64,000 nt of DNA from contig JAMWBK010000008.1 of NCBI GenBank assembly GCA_029953675.1, forward strand, positions 1,178,001-1,242,000. The letters run 5' to 3'. This stretch comes from Rhodosorus marinus CCMP1338 (taxonomy: Eukaryota > Plantae > Rhodophyta). This document shows, piece after piece, positions 12,300-20,953 of the stretch; the stretch's first letter is position 1, and each line of letters begins with the position of its first letter. The notes under the pieces are model-generated. The model did no database searches and was not told where the DNA came from. It saw only the letters and a program-made list of their open reading frames with translations. The translations under genes and the position numbers were made by a program.

Positions 12300-13520
12300 G
12301 CTGCTCTTACCAAACTAAGAGAAGGTTACTGTACTTGGTCGCGGACGACATATATATCTACTTCAGGGCGTGGATCTCGCCAATGGAGGCCTGCTTGCTC
12401 GTGAAGTTTATTCAGGAACGCTTCAGGTGCTGACAGAGCTTTGCGGTGCACTTCATATGCACCCCCTACTCCCCGGCCAGGCTGCGGCCCTTGTCGAAAA
12501 ACAAATTCAGATGCCTTGCCGCTGGGGAGGAATGGCTTTACGTCGCAAGTCCGAATACAACCTGCTGTTGCCGAGACTTGGCGCAAATTATTTACACGAC
12601 TTCTCGCCTCCTTGCTCCAATTGCTGAGCTTCGGGCTATGCCATCGAATTACACGGACTCCTTAATCCCCGACCTCCCTTCCCCTGCTACCTCTGGCTGA
12701 TCAGCTCGCCCAAGTTATGACGCAAATCCGTGATACACTTCCTGTCGATAGCCCGCCGTGATTGAAGCGTCTTTTGCGCTGGTGCGCTCTTCAGAATTCG
12801 GACGATGCTACAACAACAATCGATGCTTCCGTGTCGGGGGTTCATAACGATACATCCGCTCCTGTGGAAGCAGAGCCCGTTCAGTTCACCCAACGATTGA
12901 TCGCGAATCAGCTACATCGCGCGGCCTACCCTGCGATTGTGGAAGATCCGATGGTCTTCAAGGTGGTCGTATTCGCTATGCGACTTTTTGTGGGGTGGTA
13001 GTGGTACTTGGCTTACCGACATCCCTAGGCAACATCTTCCGGAGAACTAGCGGTCCCAGATGCTGGTGAGATTTGTCACTTCCTTTGGCATGCACAGATT
13101 CCGGCCCGTGAAGTATACTCATCCTGCCATCGTTCCCATGATCAATACGTACGCCAGCGAATCTATCATTGCCCGTTCTCGGGTGGAATGGGGATTTTCG
13201 TCACAACAGCCTTGTCAAGCAAATGGCTACGTTCCTCCGGAGTGGGAATTCGAGCAGGTACTGGTCAAGCACGGGCCTGTTAGTGTGGAGCACCCGAGTT
13301 TGGAGCTAAATATTCAGGTTATTCATCCACTCTCCAAACATTTGCTGCTCTTCGATCACCGTTGCAAGCCCACTACAAGATGCCCTCACACGACGATCAC
13401 GCTGGAAGCGTTTGGACGGCTGAGCGCGACCACGATGCGGATCCCCGACTCGGCATCTGGACCCCAGTTCTTCTCCTACCTCACGAGCAATGGCGGCACT
13501 AAACAGATGTCTTTGGAGGA
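12300..13520 (-). mobile_element. Decayed Ty3/Gypsy integrase region
   Basis: Across frameshifts: RIPTPEERSHLLDKA, ENPH...RAM.DSLAY, ICACQRK (H2C2 zinc region), KCITDLRHNLGELIS (like I.SD.G..F.S) and GVRVIRWHSPKLSN (like GI.H..S.PY.PQ.NG). Confidence 0.5.
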
Positions 13521-14225
13521 GTGACTGGTGCGTTCCGAAGGCTGAAGCGGCTCGAACCTAGATTCTAAAAACGCACGAAACTAGTTCTGATTTTACTCCT
13601 TGTCTTGCAAGCCCGCCAATTAGGAAGGCTCATTCCCAAAGGCTAAAAGAAGGTGATCGTATGCTAGTACGTATAGTACTAAAACGTACTACACACGGAA
13701 ACGCCTAGTTTATGCACCCCGGACTGTCGAGGAAATGGTGGCTCTTGCGAAAATTCCCCCCAATGAAAAATCTTGCACATAGCCGCCGTTGTCCACTGAA
13801 AACCTATACTGGTTGAAGAATACTATAAAAAAGAGCCGGAAGGTCACCTTTCAGCAACTTACCCCCCGTACAACTATGTGTGATTACCGTCCGAATTCGA
13901 AGTTTCACCCCGGGTACGACCGAAGAACAGCGTGATCACCTAAATTTATATTGTTCTGAGAAAAAGATTATTTTTCAAATGAATACGGTTAGAGTATTGG
14001 TCTAGAAAAAGACAATAGTATTCTTAATTATGAATGGGACTTTCCGGCGCTGACTGCGGTCGCAATCACGGCGCTTGGCATTGGCTTGCGGGGCTTTTGA
14101 GAATTCTATATGCACGAGTGGGGATGCTGCAAGCCCTGCCTGTGTCGCGCGGACGTGTTGAATAGGGTTGGGAAGGGAAAAGTGGATTACTGCAAACGAG
14201 ATTTTTTCAAGTTGGTGCAGGAAAC

Positions 14226-14760
14226 ATGGGTCAAGAACCAGTTAGGTGAGTTGTTCGCTTTTTCTGGCGATCAATACGATGAGACCTTTGTGTTGCGGTT
14301 CTTCTGCTCGTCTTCTGTGAGTCTGACTGCCGCTGTTCTTTCTTTGTTCCCGTTTCAGATTGTATTCAAAGGGCGTAGTGATGGGATACAAGAGGGGAAT
14401 TAGATTGCAGTATCCCAAGCAAGTTCGCATCAAGGTTGAAGGCTTGGAGACTCGCTCCGACACAAAGTCCTATCTGGGCAAGAGAGTGGCTTATGTTTAT
14501 AAGGCATCCAACTCGAAGGGCGTGGGAAAGAAGGAGTCCAAATATCGAGTGATTTGGGGCAAGGTAAGGCGGCTCTATATTTTTGGTCATGATGAGCCGA
14601 GCAGGATGCCGTTGATTACTAATGCCGCGCTTGTGCTGTCTCGCAGATACTTGCGCCGCATGGAAACAATGGCGTGGTCAAGTCGAAGTTCGGAAGGAAT
14701 CTGCCGCCCACTGCAATTGGCGGATCTGTGCGAGTAATGCTCTACCCAAGCCGAATCTAA
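14226..14760 (+). CDS. RPL35A: 60S ribosomal protein L35a (eL33), 3 exons
   Basis: Exons 14226-14245, 14359-14563 and 14647-14760 give MGQEPVRLYSKGVVMGYKRG...YLGKRVAYVYKA...[26 protein letters not shown]...VRVMLYPSRI*. Confidence 0.98.
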
Positions 14761-15203
14761 GAGTAGTAGGTCTAGCTGGTGGGGTTTGCCGGGATTGCTC
14801 CTTGTGTACTTACTTAGCATGTCAAAGGCTCTTGTAGGAGAAGAGTTTGGCTGGGAGCAGTGAAGAGTAACCCTTGCTGGCGGAAACATATTGAAATTTC
14901 TTGGATCCTCAGGACTACGTTGGATTTGAAGAGTTCACGAGAAGTAATAAATCAGTGTATCGTTTTTTTCTTGTAACGACAAGAGGGACCTTTTTGCGCC
15001 TTTTCAGATGAGTATGTGAGGACGTTGGCCGCGCGAGTTCAGGTTCCTGTCCGGGCCTGCGGGAGATTTTCTGGAGCTTGATGGCCTAGCCAGCTAGCCT
15101 GGGAGTGGCCGCGCCGGGTTGTGACAGCGCTCAATTGGAGTGAAAAGATCTCAGGCCAGGAGCTACAGCCATCGCCAAAACTGCGGCAATCGATTGCAAT
15201 TTT

Positions 15204-17590
15204 TTACTTGTCTTCCTCCGCTGGCGAGCAACTTACTAGTTCAATATCGAACGCTAGCATAGCGTTTGGCGGGAGAAGCTCCCCGAACATTTCGGTCATG
15301 TCGTGGCTCGCAGATGGATGAACGTATAGTGTTCGCGATTCGCCAGTCTTCATTCCGACAATGCCTTCTGCAAGTGCGCTTGGTGCAGTCTCAAGGGGTA
15401 GCGAAAGCGGATGTACTGTTTCGCCTACGTGCAGAGAACAATACGCGAACTCTCTAGTCAGAATAACTTCACGACAAGCAGATCCCAGAAATCCTGAAAA
15501 GCCCCTGATCCATACCTGTGCGATCCGCCGCTGGGCAAGTGAAGAAGGTTCTTCCGTCAAGAAGTCGGCCTTCCAGAATCACCAGCACCTCACTTGCTGC
15601 TGTAGCAACGGCAGCCTCTTCGTCCTCAGGTGGCGGGTCGGCGCTCTCCCACACAATCTAGAGAAGCCGAGACAAAGTAAATCCGAAATGAGAACGATAG
15701 TCTTCCAGCAGCTGCAAAGGAGAAGCTGCCGTTGGAGGTCTTACCCTGCCCGGACTGAGAACGTTGATTTTTGGATCCTTCTCAGTTTCCTCGAAGAATC
15801 GATTCGCATCTTCAAGGTTGAACTCCGAAAGAAACTGAGCTGCGTACTACGCATTTCAAAGAAAGTAGAACAACGGCTAAGTGATTCTCGCAGTTCCCTT
15901 GGTGGGACCTTGGGGGGTGCCTCTAATGCGGATCGCTATAGTGACTGAAGCACTTACAGATTGCAGCGTTCTCATCTGGCGTTCAAACTCTTGAAGAGGC
16001 ATAGGGAACGGTTCTCCCTCACAAGCGTTCTTGAGACCTTCGACGACCAAGCTGGAGTCTAGGCCTAGCGCTGAGTTGATCAGTGACTGTCCAAGGGCGT
16101 GACCGTAGGCTTCAGACAACTTCTCGGGGTCAATGCCCTCCTCCGAGGCAATTCCGTCAGTCCTCTTCTTTGCATCCTCAGCCTGGCCAGAAGGGAAGGC
16201 ATCAGGTTACGAAGATGATTAATTATGACTACCTTCAGGTGCAGAAGCAAAGAGTTAAAATATGATTGTCAAAAATAAGCTTCTTCCTCACCTTAGCAAT
16301 TGCCTGCGGTGGGATGGCTCCATATGACATTGCGGCTGCAGGAAGTCCGCCAGCGGCAGCGGTATTTACCCCGGCACCAGCCCCGGCACTTGCTCCAGTA
16401 CTCTCTTCAGTCTTACTATCCACAGTAGCATAAGCAGGAATAGATCGGTCCTCTCCAGTCGAGGCTGCTTGAGCTGTGAAGTACTCCCGGGTCTGCTGCA
16501 TGTAGTTCTTCCATTTGTCGGGATCATCGACCATCTGCAAAAATCACCGAAGTACAATGGCCGTCTAGATTAGATAAAAGCACACCGTAGTCTACACAGC
16601 ACAGCCCTATTTGCCAAGCGAATATTTCCGCTTACAGCTGACATGTTCGGATCTGCTTCAATCATTCCTTTCAGGAACACGTTGTTCTTCAGAGACATCC
16701 GAACTTCCTCCATCTTGTCCGGATTGTTCAGGTAGTCCTGCATCTCTTTGGTGCTCCACAGGTTGGACACGATATTTGGCATCATCTGCATCATTTGCTC
16801 GAGCTGAGCTGGATTGTTACCCATACCACCCATGCCACCCATGCCTCCCATGCCTCCCATGCCAGCCATACCGCCCATGCCAGCCATACCGCCCATGCCA
16901 GCCAAACCGGCGGCACCAGCCCCTCCGGCACCTCCGGCAGCCCCGGCACCTCCAACTCCAGTTCCTGAGGTGGTGAGAGCTCAATGACGTTAAAACTCAT
17001 GCTTCTAGAGCTGGACTACAGAAAGAAGCTCTGGGTTAATGAAAAACCTTACCCATGAACTGCTTCATCAGCTCCTCAAGCCCGTTTCCACCAGCACCAG
17101 CACCCGCACCAGCACCAAGACCCGCAGCACCTGCTGCCATCGGAGGCGCAGCAGCGGGTTCCCTCGTAGTTGTAGTCTCGGGTGTGGGAGTAGGAGCCTT
17201 CGCCGCTGCTGATGCAGTGGTCGAGCTCTTGCCGACTTTCCGGACTACGTTGACAGTAACTCCATCCGTGAGCTTGAAATCCGAAAGCGGTTGACTCCCC
17301 TCCAGTACTTGCCCCTTGAAGAGCAATGTCTGTCTGTCGCTTGGGATTCCGGATACAGAGGCTATCTTTTCCTGCTCATAGATCCGAATGGAATGTAGGA
17401 TTAGCAACGACGCTGCCCTAAGAGACCTTGAGTCCTATACAACAAACTCTCAACATCCCAGCATATGCTCGTTGAGATATCACAATGATCGTGAAAATCT
17501 CACCTGAAATTCCTGGACTGGATCGGACGGGTCGCAGCTTAGATCGTACGCCTCTCCATTGAAGCACTTTACCCGCACGGACAACGTCAT
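15204..17590 (-). CDS. Fusion protein, about 555 aa: ubiquitin-like domain + Gly/Met-rich STI1-like region + Mip/FkpA-type FKBP (FKBP_N + FKBP_C); 8 exons
   Basis: Exons 17590-17504, 17371-17053, 16964-16636, 16534-16292, 16182-15958, 15846-15745, 15657-15516, 15424-15204 sum to 1668 nt with no internal stop, and all introns are GT-AG (87-132 bp). UBL: MTLSVRVKCFNG...GIPSDRQTLLFKGQVLE. STI1-like: NPAQLEQMM, NNPDKMEE, DPNM. FKBP: SEAYGHALG...VVEGL...EGRLLDG..F...EGIVGMKTGESRTLYVHP...LPPNAMLAFDIELV. Confidence 0.85.
16820..16905 (-). repeat. Coding tandem repeat (GMAGMG/GGM)n
   Basis: Repeated atggctggcatgggcggt and ggcatggga/ggt units encode MAGMGGMAGMGGMAGMGGMGGMGGMGGMG. Confidence 0.95.
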
Positions 17591-18877
17591 CGGATCAAAT
17601 TAGCACCACAGCGAAATTCTCCTTCTGATAATGATCTTGGCAAGAGCCTCTCTTGAGGACAAGTTCTACTGATCACAGATGCACTCCACTCGCAAACATG
17701 AGCGCCTGCGAGAGCGAAACAAAATCCAATCCATTTAGCGCCGTGCGACTCTGGCGATACCTTCATGGTATCGCGCTCACAGAATTATATGCAAATTGGA
17801 GTTTCGGTCGAAAACGCTCACAGACCCCACCCCAGAGCGAATTTCCTGCTGGCTTCGATTTCCCTTACCTACCACACCCTCGGATCCGGACTATCGCTGC
17901 TCCCTCGTAGCAAGCAACTCGAGCAAATCAAAGATCAACTCCACCCGCAGTTTTCTTCCAAATTCCTGCAGCACTAATCGGCTCAATCTCATCCAAGCAC
18001 TTCACTTCCCTCTCCACTCCACCAACTCCAATATCCCTCCTCGGAAGGCTTCCCCTTTTACAACAACCCTCCGATTCTAGCTTCCCTGGAAAAACACCAC
18101 GAGAACAGCACAATTCCCGAAATCACCCGAAAATCGTCATACTGCCAACCCCGGTCTTTTCTCGGCAACAAGGATGCCGTTCTTGCGTCGATTATACCCT
18201 TACGCGTGTACCTATAATTTTCAAAATATAATTTCGGTTTCATGCAAAAGTGTGGCTTTCCATTGTATAAAACGATGGAGATCCGGATTTCGACAGCGAG
18301 TGATTACCCCCCCTCCTGTCCCCAACAACATTCCCGTTCCCGTTTCGGCTCCAAAATACGCAGACATTTTCTCAGCTGTGGCGCGCTAGGTTCTCACTAG
18401 ACCAGAGCTTAAGAGTTCGTTGGGCGGAAACATCTTGCCCGTGTGGCAATATAGCATATGAAGGCAAAAAAAAGGTCATCAGCGGCTCTAAAATCTCAGA
18501 TTGAGCTGAAGGACCTGGTCAGGGTGTGCGACCCTGCCTGTTTGCAACCAGTTTTCGTTTCGAGGACCAAGGCAGTCCAGTGGAACAAGAAGGTTGTAGA
18601 AGTGCAGGCGGATTTTTAGTAGGACTAATTTGACTTTTCTATTTGGGCCTAAGTCAATTATTTTGCAAGCCCTGAGGTTCGTATGGCTTTGACGAGAAAA
18701 AGGCGTGTAGCCTCAGTTTCAGCTTAGTAGCCGAATCTTTGTTTTAGTTGGTTGGCTACAGTGGGTTTAGTATGTCGCAAGAGTTCGGGTTGTGACCACG
18801 GCAGCTGCATCAACGAGCAACCCGTGACTCTCCCAGCATTCAAGAACGCGCGCTTCCTGTCAGCACTTAACGCCAGC

Positions 18878-19509
18878 CTAGCTTTGCTTCTTCAGCACGT
18901 CCCTACTAACCAAGCCCGTTACTGCCCGGCCAAGCTGGAAGACGGCGATCCCCGGGAAAATGATCCAAACCAGCATTGGGATAATATACAACAGAAACAG
19001 CCTGGAATTTTGTTTGCCCAAGGGCAGATGAGGAAGGCAATTGCTTGAGTGTCAGTGACATTTTTGGGGATAGTCGAGCGTCCACAGTGATAAGTTTGAA
19101 GTTTGTTGGCATACTTGCGGAGATCGGCTGTGACAACCTCCGGATAGTCGTACACGATGTAGAAGCAGGTCTTTGCAATAACGTATACGTTTGCAACCAG
19201 CGCAACTGCCAATGTAGCCGGAGATCCGATTACAAACAGAGTGGCCACGCTGAAGTTGAGGGCGATCTCGATTATTCCCATCGGACCGATAACAATCTGC
19301 ACCATCCTGTTCAGGTGTGGTGCAGCGTAGATCGGATCTACATCGGCGTAGTCATGATGGGAAGGAAAGTACTTTCCGTACTCGCCATCCAGTCCCGACG
19401 CAGGGAAAAGAAATATATAGGAGAAGTCATAGAGGGCAATAAAACTGACCACCCCTAGGAAAATAGGTATCCACAGGGGCACGAAGGTTCTCCCGCTTCT
19501 CCCGACCAT
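18878..19509 (-). CDS. EXPERA/EBP-like (emopamil-binding family) multi-pass membrane protein, 2 exons
   Basis: Exons 19509-19115 and 19043-18878. The intron GTATGC...CTGAC..AAG switches to the frame encoding LFLLYIIPMLVWIIFPG, a typical EXPERA last helix. HHDYADVDPIY resembles the family Y..vD..Y motif, and there are four hydrophobic segments. Confidence 0.75.
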
Positions 19510-19664
19510 CTTCACTAGGCCAATGCCTTCTACGTCTCCAACTCCTCGACGTTGATCCTAAGTCAGTCCTACCCCGGTCCCGACAAAGATAACTTCAACT
19601 CGTCCCTGCCTAGCCTTCTACGACCATCTAAGCAGCAGATACGATCTCTTGCACTCACAGGTGT

Positions 19665-20555
19665 CTAACGCTCAACCTTCTCACGGAGCCGTGCTTCAAT
19701 TTGGCTCACAAATTCAAGATCGTCCTCAACGGTTTCAGCTAGATCGAGCAGTCCGCTGTCTTTGGCAAGTCTCCGCTTCTCGGCGTTTGCAAGCTCCCCG
19801 AGCACAAGATCCTGCTGCACCACGTTGGAGACGGCTTTTCTGAGGACAAGATCCAAGCGATGTGCTGGTGTCATGGAGTCTGCAATCCTGGAGATGCCTT
19901 GAAGGGGTGACATTGGGGCCGGGAGATATTTCAGTTCAAGGTCTCGCCATGATGAGTTTGCTTCCGCGAAGACGGTATTACGTTCCCAGAACTCATCGCC
20001 AGGAAGTTCGAATTTGGAGTAGATATCTCGCAACACGTCCGCGGGAATTGAAGACTGCCGGCGGTATATACATTCTTCCAGCTGGGGCATGGCCAGTACG
20101 ATAAAGCTCAGGTACGATTTGTTTTTGGCGGCCCTCGACGCAAAATATTTTCGCATGGAACGATAGACGTGATTGTCATCCAGCAAGACTACTCGAAGAG
20201 CCCCTCTATCCGGTGAGTTCTTGCGTCTTCCGTGATATGCTTTGATGCCTTGCCGAGGCAGATCTTCAAGGATCCGTAGCGCTGAGCTTCCCAAGCAGTG
20301 CGAAGACGAATCAAGCAGAACGTCAACGATCCTTTTGGCTTCCGATCGTGCACGCTTCCATGCCTCGGGTGAGAACGTTTCGCCGTGTTCAAGCTTGTCA
20401 ACCTCAATGTGCCACACCTCATCTCGTTCGCCCCACTGGGAAGGTGGAGTCTCAAGCGTTGACAAATCTTGACGCGATTGGCAAAGTCTTTCAGCCAGGC
20501 TTGTTTTCCCCGCGCCAGGTACTCCGCAAAGTACACATAGCCAGACTCTTCCCAT
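19665..20555 (-). CDS. PSTK: L-seryl-tRNA(Sec) kinase
   Basis: Intronless 296 aa. N-terminal Walker A LCGVPGAGKTS, then WKRAR, LLDDNHVYRSMR, KFELP..FWE and HRLDLVLRK, which are characteristic of PSTK. Confidence 0.83.
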   Translation of the reverse strand: MGRVWLCVLCGVPGAGKTSLAERLCQSRQDLSTLETPPSQWGERDEVWHIEVDKLEHGETFSPEAWKRARSEAKRIVDVLLDSSSHCLGSSALRILEDLPRQGIKAYHGRRKNSPDRGALRVVLLDDNHVYRSMRKYFASRAAKNKSYLSFIVLAMPQLEECIYRRQSSIPADVLRDIYSKFELPGDEFWERNTVFAEANSSWRDLELKYLPAPMSPLQGISRIADSMTPAHRLDLVLRKAVSNVVQQDLVLGELANAEKRRLAKDSGLLDLAETVEDDLEFVSQIEARLREKVER

Positions 20556-20953
20556 AGCCGCAAACTAACTAACCCAAACTACCAGCGCACGATGTGAGTC
20601 TGGATTTGTTCAACCTCCAGAGCACGCTCTATCCCAACTCACGATGCTCATGGAGAAATTCACTCAGCACGGACGCGCTCCCCACCAGTTCTTTCGAGGT
20701 ACTTGCACCGTATACACCTGTTTCTTTTTGTGGACCGGGTTCGGCGTATCTGTGTGCTTGCCACGTTCAAAATGTAAAAAATGACTCTGGAATTGGTTAT
20801 GTTTCCCCAGACTAACGTAACCCCAACTACACTTCGGAATCCGGTCTTCTTCGTCGGTGCTGTCGGTCTTCACTGGACACTGTTGAGCAAGGAATGGACA
20901 CGTAGAAATAACTTCAATTTCTCCGCCAGATGTTAACTTTTTACTCGTCAACG

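Noticed and set aside
13060-13524. 154-aa plus-strand ORF
   Set aside because: It is antisense to the decayed integrase trace and has no recognisable motifs.
15361-15948. 195-aa plus-strand ORF
   Set aside because: It is an antisense shadow of the FKBP exons and introns.
16235-16292. Unspliced ending VRKKLIFDNHILTLCFCT* that would make a stand-alone ubiquilin-like protein
   Set aside because: It begins at a good GTGAGG donor, is intron-like (T-rich), and would leave the FKBP without a start codon. Intron retention as a minor isoform is not excluded.
17640-18400. Several overlapping ORFs upstream of the UBL-FKBP gene
   Set aside because: There is no consistent frame, splice pattern or motif.
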